64,000 nucleotides of DNA from an uncultured delta proteobacterium (GCA_963711565.1 CAVQEQ010000001.1:608001-672000), one strand, 5' to 3'; positions 39,270 through 48,662 are shown, counted from the stretch's first letter. Program-made: numbers and translations. The notes: generated from the sequence alone by a model not told the origin.

Positions 39270-40478
39270 ATGTCGGCACCGCTGGCAGGCGTTAACGTGC
39301 TCGATTTGAGCTGGGTCATGGTCGGACCGGCCAGTGGCCGCTACCTCGCTGACATGGGCGCAGACGTTATCAAGGTCGAGAGTTCAAAACGCATCGATCC
39401 GGTGCGCACGCTTGGTCCGTTCAAGGATGGAAAGGCGGGGCCCGAACGCTCGGTCAGCTATCACAACCTCAACGCCGGCAAGCGGTGTATCGCGATCGAT
39501 ATTCGCCTGCCCGAGGGTCGCGAGATCATTTTGCGACTCGCGCAATGGGCGGACGTCGTGCTGGAGAGCTTCACGCCCGGCGTGCTGGAAACGCTTCATC
39601 TCGGATACCCGGATCTGCGCCGGCGCAATGAGCGGATTATCATGGCGTCCACCAGCCTGCTCGGACAAACGGGTCCGTATGCGCAGGGCACCAGCGGAGT
39701 CGGCACGATGGGCGCGGCGATGTCGGGCGCGACGTATCAAATCGGGTGGCCCGATCGCGAGCCCGCGGGCCCATTCGGTCCATGGACGGACGCGGTGACG
39801 CCGAGATTTATCGTCGCGAGTATCCTGGCCGCGCTACATCGCAGATCGCGCACCGGAACGGGCAGCTATATCGATGTCGCGCAGGCCGAAGCAGGAATCC
39901 AGTTCATGCTGCCCGCATACTACGAGTGCGCTGCAAATGGCGCGATTCCGGAGCGTCGTGGCGTCGCGGGATCGCCCTTGCAAGTGCCTCAGGGTTTGTT
40001 TCGATGCAGCGGAGAGGATCGATGGATTGCCATCGATGCGTCGGCTCCAAATCATTGGGAGGCACTTCGTGCGGTGATCGCGGAAATGTGCGACGCGAGA
40101 TTCGACACGATAGTCGGCCGGATGCGCAATCGCGCTGAGCTCGAGGCGGCTATTTCAAAGTGGACACGCGCGCAGGAAGCAGCAGCAGTCGAGCATCGCC
40201 TGCAAGCGGCTGGAGTGCCGGCGCATGTCGTCAGCCGAAGCGGTGACTTCGCGCGCGATGTCGATCTTCGCGAAGCAGGCCATCTCCACAAGATCATCGA
40301 TCCGGTTTTCGGCGAAGCGGAAATCGAGGGGCCGCGGTTCTCGCTCGAGCGCACGCCGCTTCCGCCGACTCGGCGAGGGCCCCGAATCGGTGAGCACACG
40401 AAGGAAGTGCTGGCGACCGTCCTGGGAATGTCGGAGTCGGAAATCGCGCAATTGAGTGAGGCGGGCTTGCTCGCCTAG
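39270..40478 (+). CDS. Family III CoA-transferase, catalytic-type subunit
   Basis: ATG 1 nt after the upstream stop; PLAGVNVLDLS, GADVIKVES, GKR, ESFTPG, PWTDAV. Confidence 0.9.
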   Translation: MSAPLAGVNVLDLSWVMVGPASGRYLADMGADVIKVESSKRIDPVRTLGPFKDGKAGPERSVSYHNLNAGKRCIAIDIRLPEGREIILRLAQWADVVLESFTPGVLETLHLGYPDLRRRNERIIMASTSLLGQTGPYAQGTSGVGTMGAAMSGATYQIGWPDREPAGPFGPWTDAVTPRFIVASILAALHRRSRTGTGSYIDVAQAEAGIQFMLPAYYECAANGAIPERRGVAGSPLQVPQGLFRCSGEDRWIAIDASAPNHWEALRAVIAEMCDARFDTIVGRMRNRAELEAAISKWTRAQEAAAVEHRLQAAGVPAHVVSRSGDFARDVDLREAGHLHKIIDPVFGEAEIEGPRFSLERTPLPPTRRGPRIGEHTKEVLATVLGMSESEIAQLSEAGLLA

Positions 40479-40513
40479 CTGGAACGCAAGACAAATCGGC
40501 TGGAGGAAATGAC

Positions 40514-41305
40514 TTGAGCAGTAACATCCTCGATCTCAAAGGACGCGTCGGCCTGGTGACCGGCGCTGGACAGGGCGTTGGACGCGCAGTCGCGCTTCGC
40601 TTCGCTGAGAATAATGCGGGCGGCGTGGTCGTCAACGACTTTCGTCTCGAGCGCGCTGAGAGCGTTGCCGCCGAGGTGGAGAAGCTGGGCGTCAAGGCCG
40701 TCGCCGCGCAGTGCGACGTGACCAGCTTTGCGTCGGTCACTGCGATGTTTGAAAAAGCGCGCGCGGCTTTCGGCAAAGTCGATATCCTGGTGAACAACGC
40801 GGGCAACGCCGGCCCGGATCCGGGCGCGGTCGCGCGCAAACCCTTCTGGGAGCAGGAGCCGAAGGATTGGGAGGCCTTCCTCGGCACCAACCTCTTCGGC
40901 GTGCTGAACTGCGTGCGAATCGCCGGACCGGGAATGATCGCCAACCAGTACGGCAAGATCGTGACTGTAATCTCCGATGCCGGGCGGGTCGGCGAGCCTC
41001 ATCTGGAGATCTATTCGGGCGCCAAGGCGGGCGCCGCAGGCTTCATGCGGGCCGTCGCGAAGAACCTTGGCCGCGCGGGAATCACCGCCAACTGTGTCGC
41101 ATTGGGCGCCACGCGGACGCCCGCGATCGAGCGCGCCGCCTCGGACCCGGAGGCCGTCAAGCGAATGCTGAAGGTTTATCAGATCAAGCGCCTCGGCGAG
41201 CCGGAGGACGCTGCCAACATGATTTTGTTTCTTAGCTCCGATGCGGCGAGCTGGATCACCGGACAGACAATTCCGGTCAACGGCGGTTACTCGTTCGCGA
41301 TGTAA
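40514..41305 (+). CDS. SDR, 3-hydroxyacyl-CoA / BadH-like dehydrogenase
   Basis: TGAGQGVG, NNAG, SDAGRVGE, YSGAK; GGAGG RBS before TTG. Confidence 0.9.
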   Translation: MSSNILDLKGRVGLVTGAGQGVGRAVALRFAENNAGGVVVNDFRLERAESVAAEVEKLGVKAVAAQCDVTSFASVTAMFEKARAAFGKVDILVNNAGNAGPDPGAVARKPFWEQEPKDWEAFLGTNLFGVLNCVRIAGPGMIANQYGKIVTVISDAGRVGEPHLEIYSGAKAGAAGFMRAVAKNLGRAGITANCVALGATRTPAIERAASDPEAVKRMLKVYQIKRLGEPEDAANMILFLSSDAASWITGQTIPVNGGYSFAM

Positions 41306-41320
41306 CCGATAGGTAACAGC

Positions 41321-42139
41321 ATGAAATACGAAACGATAATTCTCGAGCGCAAGGAAGGAATCGGCTACCTGACACTGAATCGTCCCGACCGTGCAAATAC
41401 CATCAGCCTTCAACTCATGCATGACGTGGTTAGCGCGATGGAACAGGTTGAGGCTGACCAGGAATATCGAGTCGTCATCGTAACCGGCGCCGGAAAGCAT
41501 TTCTGTGGCGGCGCCGACTTGCGTGATTTCGCGGAGCGCGCTCGCGAGCGGGCGGCGAGTGGCTCGGAGCGTCAAGGCAGCGGAAGCTTTGTGGCGCCCC
41601 AGCGCGACATCTTCAGCGCGCTCGAAGAATCGCGGGTCCCGGTCATCGCGGCGATCAACGGCGCGGCGATGGGCGGCGGATGCGAAATCGCGCTGGCGTG
41701 TGACGTCAGAGTCATTTCAGATACTGCGACTATAGGTCTCCCTGAAATCCGGTTCGGGGCTTTGCCTGCCGGCGGTGGTACGCAACGTCTTCCGCGCCTG
41801 GTGGGCGTTGGCGTGGCCAAAGAGATGATTTTCAGTGGACTTCCGTGGACGGCGCAGGAAGCGTTTCGAGTGGGACTGGTCAATCGAGTGGCGCCGGCCG
41901 CGGAGTTGAACGAGGAATGCGAGAAGATGGCGCGCGTTTATGTCGAGCGCGCGGCTTATGCGCTCAAGACCTCGAAGCAGTTGGTCAATCGCGGCGTCGA
42001 ATTGCCGCTGAGAGACGGCCTTGTGCTCGAGCGCAAAATGATCGCGGAGATGGCAACGCCGGAGGAGCGCAAGCAGGCGCAAGATCAGGCGGCCGCCACG
42101 CAAAAGACCTACGCACGAATTTTCGAAAAACGTTCTTGA
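41321..42139 (+). CDS. Enoyl-CoA hydratase/isomerase
   Basis: LNRP, FCGGADL, GGGCE and LPEI (both catalytic Glu), GGTQRL. Confidence 0.93.
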   Translation: MKYETIILERKEGIGYLTLNRPDRANTISLQLMHDVVSAMEQVEADQEYRVVIVTGAGKHFCGGADLRDFAERARERAASGSERQGSGSFVAPQRDIFSALEESRVPVIAAINGAAMGGGCEIALACDVRVISDTATIGLPEIRFGALPAGGGTQRLPRLVGVGVAKEMIFSGLPWTAQEAFRVGLVNRVAPAAELNEECEKMARVYVERAAYALKTSKQLVNRGVELPLRDGLVLERKMIAEMATPEERKQAQDQAAATQKTYARIFEKRS

Positions 42140-42297
42140 TCGCCAGTCCGGTTTGTTCCGCCCATCAGGCGCATGATCGACTCAACTGATGCCGCGCCTC
42201 GTACACGCTTACCCCTGAGTCTGTGTCCGTACTACCGATTTGATAGACTCTTCGACGCCGCGACGGATTCGACGCCGCAAAGTTGAGAAGATCGCTT

Positions 42298-42648
42298 ATG
42301 CTTGAAGAGCACAAATTCTTCATCGGGATATTTGCCTTCGAGGGGCGCGGACTGGAAGAGCCGGTTAGCCTGGAGCCCAAGGCGGTCTATACGGTGCCGC
42401 CGAACAAGCGCGTGCAATTCATCTACGGACGGATCGGCAATCCGACGGCCGAGTTTCTTTATGTGGCGCTCCAGCGCGACGGCAAATCGATCCGCTTGTT
42501 CCCGTGCGGTCCGCAGAGCGGAATCAACGTGCCACTTGCGATCATCGATGACTACCTGCCTGGCAGCAAGGCCGAACTGAAGATCGCGGCGCCCAAGGGG
42601 CTCGCGACCAAGGTGATGATCGACGTCGGCTTCGTGGAGTTCGAATGA
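42298..42648 (+). CDS. Small conserved hypothetical beta-rich protein, of the kind I recall beside assimilatory nitrate-reductase genes
   Basis: F.GIFAFEG.GL..P..YTVP..GNP..LQRDG..R.FP..DVGFVE pattern; ATGA-coupled to the NasB/NirB-like gene. Confidence 0.7.
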   Translation: MLEEHKFFIGIFAFEGRGLEEPVSLEPKAVYTVPPNKRVQFIYGRIGNPTAEFLYVALQRDGKSIRLFPCGPQSGINVPLAIIDDYLPGSKAELKIAAPKGLATKVMIDVGFVEFE

Positions 42649-44753
42649 AGCGCGGCAAACGCAACCTGGTCGTGATCGGCAACGGCATGGCGGGCGCGCG
42701 GACCGTCGAGGAGATTCTCGCCCGCGGCGGCGCCGAGTTGTTCAACATCGCAATGTTCGGGAGCGAGCCGTTCGGCAACTACAACCGGATCATGCTGTCC
42801 GGCGTACTTGACGGGTCCCATGAGGCGGCCGAAATCGTTCTCAATCCGCTCGCATGGTACGGGCAGAATGGTATCCGGCTGCATTCAGGTATCCGCGCCA
42901 CGCACATCTTGCGTTTCGCCCGCCGCGTGATCGGATCCGACGGATCCGAAGAGCCCTACGACAAGCTTATCATCGCTACTGGCAGCCGCTCCTTCATTCC
43001 ACCGATTCCCGGGTTGACGCAAAACGACGGCAGCATGAAACCCGGCATCTTCGGGTTTCGCTCGCTTGAAGATTGCCGCCGGATGGCGGACTACGCGCAC
43101 GGCAAAAAGCGAGCGGTGGTAATCGGCGGCGGCCTGCTCGGGCTTGAGTGCGCGCACGGGCTGCAAAGTCTCGGTCTCGAAGTCCACGTAATGCATCGAT
43201 CGCCCTACCTGATGAACCAACAGCTCGACCCTGCCGCCGGCGCGATCCTGCGGTTGCTGGTTGAGAAAAAGGACATCCGCGTGCATGTCGGCATGGACAC
43301 GGTCGCGGTCCTCGGTGACGACCGCGTCAGCGGACTCGAATTCAAGAATGGCGAGACGCAGGAATGCGAGCTGGTGGTCTTCGCCACTGGAATCAGGCCC
43401 AATGCCGAAATCGCAAGACAATGCGGCCTCACAGTCCAGCTTGCGATCGTAGTCAACGACCACATGCGCAGCGATGACGACCCGCACATTTACGCGGTTG
43501 GCGAATGCATCCAGCATCGAGGGCAGACCTACGGCTTGGTGGCGCCGATATGGGAACAAGCCAAGGTTCTCGCCGATCATATAACCGGAACCAATTCCAG
43601 CGTGGCCTACCACGGCTCAAAGGTCGCGACCCGACTCAAGGTGGCAGGCGTCGAGCTGGCCTCGATGGGACTCACTGAGCCAGTTGAGCAGCGCGACGAG
43701 ATAGTGCAGTTTTCCGAGCCGAGACACGGGACTTACAAGAAGTTGATCATCCGCGACGGCCGTCTGATAGGCGGTATCCTGCTTGGCGAGAGCAGCAAGG
43801 CAGCCTACCTGCTGCATGCCTTCGAGAGCGGCACGCAACTGCCCGAGGAGCGAATCCCCCTGCTCTTCGACATCGGCGCGCCGCCCAAACGGGTGACGCT
43901 CGAGCAGATCCCGCTTGACGCCCAGGTCTGCAACTGCGAACACGTCAACAAGGGCGCCATCGTCGAATGCGTCAAGAGCGGGCGGCGCACAATCGAAGCG
44001 GTAAGAGAGGCGACGCGCGCCGGCCTTTCATGCGGCTCGTGCGACGCGATGGTCCGCGAGATCGTCGAATGGGCGTGTGGCGGTCAAAACGGGACCGCCT
44101 CAAGGGAATCAGCAGATGAGGCCTTGCCGGGCTCGGACGGCGAGCATGAGCTGCAGAGCAAGTTCGGTACGAGCTTCCAGGCGCTCACCTTCTACAAGCA
44201 TCGGGTGCTGGACCATCTCAATTCCGAGATGCAGGAATTCATTGCTCTTCGGGAAATGATGTTCGTGGGAACTGCGGATAGAAATGGAAACGCGGACGCT
44301 TCGTTCCGGGCCGGACACGCCAACTTTGTCAAAGTGCTCGATGAACGAACCATCGCGTACCCGGAGTTCCGCGGCAATGGGGTGATGTCGAGCATGGGCA
44401 ACATTTCGGAAAATCCGCACGTCGGACTGATGTTCATTGACTTCGAGCAGGACCGAATCGGTCTTCACGTGAACGGCAACGCGCGCATCGTCGAGCATGA
44501 TGAGTTCGTGCGATTTATGCAGGATCGTCCGACCGCGGACGTCGTGCTCGGGGACTCAACCCTCACCGACCTGAGAAGCAAGGACCCCGCCAACCTCGAA
44601 CGCTGGGTGATTGTTTCAGTCGACGAAGCCTACATGCACTGTTCCAAACATATCCCGCTGATGAAGAAGGTCGAGCGGGAAGTGAGCTGGGGAACCGACG
44701 ACGTGAAGGCCAAGGGCGGAGATTACTTCGGCGCGGACAGAGTCCCGAAGTGA
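42645..44753 (+). CDS. NasB/NirB-like NAD(P)H-FAD oxidoreductase with a BFD [2Fe-2S] domain fused to a PNPOx-like flavin-binding domain
   Basis: GNGMAG, YNRIMLS, ATGS, GGGLLGLE, YAVGEC, TRLKVAG, VCNC..CGSC; then GEHELQ, DASFRAG, YPEFRGNG.MSS.GNI.ENP, EAYMHCSKHIP. Confidence 0.88.
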   Translation: MKRGKRNLVVIGNGMAGARTVEEILARGGAELFNIAMFGSEPFGNYNRIMLSGVLDGSHEAAEIVLNPLAWYGQNGIRLHSGIRATHILRFARRVIGSDGSEEPYDKLIIATGSRSFIPPIPGLTQNDGSMKPGIFGFRSLEDCRRMADYAHGKKRAVVIGGGLLGLECAHGLQSLGLEVHVMHRSPYLMNQQLDPAAGAILRLLVEKKDIRVHVGMDTVAVLGDDRVSGLEFKNGETQECELVVFATGIRPNAEIARQCGLTVQLAIVVNDHMRSDDDPHIYAVGECIQHRGQTYGLVAPIWEQAKVLADHITGTNSSVAYHGSKVATRLKVAGVELASMGLTEPVEQRDEIVQFSEPRHGTYKKLIIRDGRLIGGILLGESSKAAYLLHAFESGTQLPEERIPLLFDIGAPPKRVTLEQIPLDAQVCNCEHVNKGAIVECVKSGRRTIEAVREATRAGLSCGSCDAMVREIVEWACGGQNGTASRESADEALPGSDGEHELQSKFGTSFQALTFYKHRVLDHLNSEMQEFIALREMMFVGTADRNGNADASFRAGHANFVKVLDERTIAYPEFRGNGVMSSMGNISENPHVGLMFIDFEQDRIGLHVNGNARIVEHDEFVRFMQDRPTADVVLGDSTLTDLRSKDPANLERWVIVSVDEAYMHCSKHIPLMKKVEREVSWGTDDVKAKGGDYFGADRVPK

Positions 44754-44758
44754 GGTGA

Positions 44759-44801
44759 TTCGCGACCGAGATGCTCGTAAACTGAGAGTTTCGGTCGCGA
44801 A
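44759..44801 (+). terminator. Strong hairpin after the flavoprotein gene (terminator or mRNA-stabilising)
   Basis: TTCGCGACCGA (44759-44769) pairs perfectly with TCGGTCGCGAA (44791-44801); only a weak U-tract follows. Confidence 0.5.
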
Positions 44802-44860
44802 CTGGTTTCTGCCCATAGCCAGATGCTCGACACCACCAGCGTCGCCAATCGGGGGCTTCT

Positions 44861-45823
44861 ATGAATAATGACTCCACTGCATCGCGCACAGTGCACGTCC
44901 CACAGCCGGCCACCGCGATCGCATCTCATCTGGTGCGCGCCGACAAGGCCGACGAATACTTCAAGGCGCAGACCGCAATTACCGACGCAGCCCGGAAGTT
45001 CCCCGGCTTCGTCGGCACGGAAGTTCTCGGCCCAATCCCTGGTCTGCAGGCAGAGTGGGTGGCGATTTTCCGCCTCGAATCCAACCAGGCGATGAAGCGA
45101 TGGCTCGACAGTCCAGAACGCGCGCAACTTGCGGCGCGAATCGAGGCTTATCTCTCGGAACCGTCGCGCTTGTTGCTGCTCGCGAGCGATGACAACGCCG
45201 AGCCGCCGGTCGCGATGGTTTTCACGCATCGCGTAGCCAAGGGCAAAGTGGCGGACTATCTCGCGTGGCGGCGCAAGGCGATCGAAGCGCAGGCGCACTA
45301 CCCCGGCTATCTCGCGACCGACTTTTTCAAGCCGCACGGCACGTTTCAGAATGAATGGGTGGATATCGTCCGCTACCGCAGCGTCGATGATCTCAATCGC
45401 TGGATGGAATCGGAAGAGCGGCAGTCGCTGCTCAAGGAACTCAAACCGATCGTCGAGAGCATGCACGCCCATCCGGTGACGGGACTCGAAGGATGGTTCG
45501 CGCTCAGTCGCGAGACCGGCGCGACGATCAGCGCACCGCCGCCATGGAAGCAGGCGTTGGCGGTACTGTTCGCGCTTTATCCGACCGTCATGGTTCTGAG
45601 TTTTCTAAATCCACTTTGGCGGAACTTGTCGTTCGCGCAATCGATGCTGATCGGCAATATTCTCTCGGTCACCTTGCTGACGTACCTGGTCATGCCCCGG
45701 CTGAGCCGACTCCTCAATTTCTGGCTGGCCGCACCCGCGCACGACTGGAAAAACGAGGCGCTCGGATTATCCACGGTCGCGATTGGCCTCGCCTTGTTTG
45801 TCCTCATCTTCCAGGCGCTGTGA
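44861..45823 (+). CDS. Tandem ABM (antibiotic biosynthesis monooxygenase-like) domains with a C-terminal membrane domain
   Basis: Two repeats of (F/Y)PG(F/Y)..W..I.R......L..W..S.ER; TGLEGWF, PPPWKQAL..LYP; three hydrophobic helices. Confidence 0.85.
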   Translation: MNNDSTASRTVHVPQPATAIASHLVRADKADEYFKAQTAITDAARKFPGFVGTEVLGPIPGLQAEWVAIFRLESNQAMKRWLDSPERAQLAARIEAYLSEPSRLLLLASDDNAEPPVAMVFTHRVAKGKVADYLAWRRKAIEAQAHYPGYLATDFFKPHGTFQNEWVDIVRYRSVDDLNRWMESEERQSLLKELKPIVESMHAHPVTGLEGWFALSRETGATISAPPPWKQALAVLFALYPTVMVLSFLNPLWRNLSFAQSMLIGNILSVTLLTYLVMPRLSRLLNFWLAAPAHDWKNEALGLSTVAIGLALFVLIFQAL

Positions 45824-45904
45824 TCAACTTTGATTTTGTCCCGTGCGTAACATTTTCTTCCGCCGGTTATTGTGGACGCGTCGGGTTCCGCTGTATGAAT
45901 ACGA

Positions 45905-47029
45905 ATGCGCAAATTTAGATTTCCTATTCGCGTCCTTCTCGCCTGTTCACTCGTTGTCAATCTCGCGATCGCTGGTCGAGCCAGCGCCCAAAGCGGGGGC
46001 GACCTGCCCGACTACATGGACGTGATTGTTGGCAAGGGGGCACCCGCGTCAAAATCGCAAGTCGCCGAGCAGAATGTGCTTGCCCTCGACATCGCGATGT
46101 TCGGACTCTACGACGACGCGCAGGCGAAATTTCAGAAAAATTTCCTCGCCGAGCATCCTGTGCTCATGGGCCTGTTCAGCAACCAGGGCGGAAAGCTCAC
46201 CCTGTTCCGGCCCGGCAAGGCGCCGTTGGAGGCTCCGCAAGTCCCGATTCGCTATCAGATCTACAAGTCAGTAGGGCATTCGGCGTTGGCGGTGTTCGAG
46301 CTCGTCGGTTCCCACCTCGGCACCGTTTCTGACCAGTCGTGGGTCGGCCCGATGCGCACCTTTCGTGCCGCGAATCAGACCGCACTCGACAGCCTTGATA
46401 CGCTCGATCTGAACGCCGAAGCACGAGAGAACCAGCGCAATGTCCTGACGAGCAATATCAAGTTCATGGACGCGTGCCTCAGCAAGGGCAGCTATACTTT
46501 CGCGGACATCCAGCAATATGCGGCGGAAGTGAAGCCCTATCTGCAGAAGAATATTACGTGGGGCGCGACGACCCAGGTCGAACACTGGATGAAGGTGATC
46601 AAGGACTGGAAAGAGATGCTCGGCCCGGACTGGAACAAGACTTACGGCGTCAGCAACACGCTTTATGTGGCGCGTCAGAACAACGTCATATTCAGCACGA
46701 TGGCCCAGTTCTTCGGCAAGAACGCGATGAACACACGGCTGTTTCTGTTCGAGACGTCGCAGTTCGTTACCACGCCTGATCAAATGCTCGACGTGCTGAT
46801 TCGGACGGTCGCAGATCGCTCGGTCGGCCAGGTGTTTTTCGGCAACTACTATCTGATGGACTACGAACTGATGGGAGGCGATGGGCGCAAGGCGATAGCG
46901 GCCGAGGATCAGAAGTACGGCATGCCGGTGTTCCTGCCACCTGCCGTGCCTTTCCATTCCAACGAATGGCCTTTCAGGATCGATCCGAGCCAGGGCGAAG
47001 GTCCGGCAACGATCGAGGAGATCAAGTAA
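45905..47029 (+). CDS. Hypothetical secreted protein (374 aa)
   Basis: Sec signal ending ASA; strong GC3 codon bias; no recognisable family motif. Confidence 0.8.
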   Translation: MRKFRFPIRVLLACSLVVNLAIAGRASAQSGGDLPDYMDVIVGKGAPASKSQVAEQNVLALDIAMFGLYDDAQAKFQKNFLAEHPVLMGLFSNQGGKLTLFRPGKAPLEAPQVPIRYQIYKSVGHSALAVFELVGSHLGTVSDQSWVGPMRTFRAANQTALDSLDTLDLNAEARENQRNVLTSNIKFMDACLSKGSYTFADIQQYAAEVKPYLQKNITWGATTQVEHWMKVIKDWKEMLGPDWNKTYGVSNTLYVARQNNVIFSTMAQFFGKNAMNTRLFLFETSQFVTTPDQMLDVLIRTVADRSVGQVFFGNYYLMDYELMGGDGRKAIAAEDQKYGMPVFLPPAVPFHSNEWPFRIDPSQGEGPATIEEIK

Positions 47030-47069
47030 GCCGGCTTGTCATTCAAAATAGCGATCACGCTTTATCCTC

Positions 47070-47127
47070 ACCTCCCCTTGTCCGAGGGGAGGTCGCCGCG
47101 CGCCGAAGGAGCGCGGCGGGTGGGGTG
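47070..47127. repeat. REP-like double-hairpin extragenic palindrome
   Basis: ACCTCCCCTTG-TC-CGAGGGGAGGT, then CGCCGCGC-N9-GCGCGGCG and GGTGGGGT, between convergent genes. Confidence 0.65.
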
Positions 47128-47275
47128 CAACGCCCGACAGGTCACCTACTCCGACTTGTCTAATCGCAATGCAAAGACACCAACGCCGCCGCCCGACAGC
47201 AGCACAACTTCATGCAGGTGCAGCCGTCAGCGTTGCACCTCGCCGGGAGCGCGACGCGGGCGCTAGACGTTGAGA

Positions 47276-48655
47276 CTAGAACAAGACCGTCAGTTGGGCT
47301 GTCACCGCGACGGCGCCTTCCGTCCCCCGACTTTCGCCGGGATTGGGAATGTAGCTGAGCACGGGTTCCAGAAAAGATGTGCCTATCAGATGTATCTGGT
47401 AGTACGTCTGCAGGATCGCCTCGTTGCTGCGAAATCCGTATCGCCGATTCAGCCACGACCACGCAAGCCCCGTACCGATTGAATCCACCGGGCGGTGAGG
47501 AAGCAGTCCGAAGCCGGTAAAGCCGGCGCCGAAGTATTCGTTGGCGATCATTGTCCGCGAGTCGTTGATGCCGAACTGGAAAAAAGCGGAGATGCCGCTG
47601 TTATCGACGCCCTCGTGACGTCTCCATAGACGCTGCGAGCCGAACGTATAGAAGCCCTCGGAAGCATTCTGACTCGTTCCGGGAGCGTACAGTTCGCCGG
47701 TTTGAGCCCATCCGCCAGCGGCGACAATTCCGATCAGTTTGTGCTCGCCAAGAGTCCAGGCGTAGCCGGCCTCGCCGATCGTGAAATAGTGTCCGTCGAA
47801 GACCGGCTCCTCTCGGAGTCCGGTTTGTATGCCTCTGCTCAAAGCGCCGTCGTAGATTGCGTAGGTCAGATAGAAATTTTTGGACGGCGCGTAGTTCGCG
47901 GTTATCCCATACGCAGTGTTGTAGTATCCCGGCATCACGCCAATCAGCGTCGGGTTCTTGAAGATCGGCGTGTAGATGAGTCCGGAGACTGCGGGAACTT
48001 TCAGACTAATGTCCGCGGTCGGGACGGCGCGCGTGACGTTGTTGAAGTCTGCGGGGGGCGTTGTCTTGCCTACTCGAATTATCAGCTTGCCGGCGAACAG
48101 GCTCTGCCGCCACCAGAGCTCGTACAGCTGGGTGCGAACGAACGGCTTTGGTCCCGTGAGCCCGTCGTACGCGGTGATGACGCCAGCCTTGCCGTTGGCG
48201 TCCTCGCCGTTGAACTGCATCAGCTCCGCGTCCATCGAGGCACCCGGAATGCCGGCGAGCTTTTCCAGGTCGATGTTCAAGTTCAGAAAGAGCAGGCTGT
48301 TGAAGCTCCACGTTCGCGGTTTCACTCCACCGGTGAAGAGATAGTCCGCGTTGCCGATCCACAAGCCGCCGACGCGAACGCCGGGAATATTGTCGAGTCC
48401 TATCAGATGACCTAGCAGACCTGTTCCGGGAATCATGTTGGACGCGCCGGGGTTGGCGCTGATCGGCTGGACATCGCCGCTCGAGATCACCTTCGCGATC
48501 GGCGACGACGGCGTACTCGATGCCGCCGGACTGGACGACGCAACCGGCTGCGGGACAGCGTCGGCTGCTGAGTCATGCGACTGCGCTGAAACGAGGCCGA
48601 CGACGAGCAGCGTCCCCGCCGTGACGAGAACGCGCCGTCTGAGAGCGCGCTTCAT
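47276..48655 (-). CDS. OprB-family carbohydrate-selective porin
   Basis: Signal peptide; DLEKLAG, LYELWWRQ, IRVGK, RPVDSIG, YIPNPG, terminal Phe. Confidence 0.88.
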   Translation of the reverse strand: MKRALRRRVLVTAGTLLVVGLVSAQSHDSAADAVPQPVASSSPAASSTPSSPIAKVISSGDVQPISANPGASNMIPGTGLLGHLIGLDNIPGVRVGGLWIGNADYLFTGGVKPRTWSFNSLLFLNLNIDLEKLAGIPGASMDAELMQFNGEDANGKAGVITAYDGLTGPKPFVRTQLYELWWRQSLFAGKLIIRVGKTTPPADFNNVTRAVPTADISLKVPAVSGLIYTPIFKNPTLIGVMPGYYNTAYGITANYAPSKNFYLTYAIYDGALSRGIQTGLREEPVFDGHYFTIGEAGYAWTLGEHKLIGIVAAGGWAQTGELYAPGTSQNASEGFYTFGSQRLWRRHEGVDNSGISAFFQFGINDSRTMIANEYFGAGFTGFGLLPHRPVDSIGTGLAWSWLNRRYGFRSNEAILQTYYQIHLIGTSFLEPVLSYIPNPGESRGTEGAVAVTAQLTVLF

Positions 48656-48662
48656 CTGACGT

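Noticed and set aside
42645-44753. Bona fide nitrite reductase NirB
   Set aside because: It lacks the siroheme/[4Fe-4S] domain, and there is no nirD.
44769-44829. 9-nt direct repeat AGATGCTCG upstream of the ABM gene
   Set aside because: It is too short to distinguish from chance without comparative data.
45883-45890. GGGTTCCG resembling the ykkC/guanidine-I riboswitch core
   Set aside because: It is only 14 nt from the start codon, with no room for the rest of the motif.
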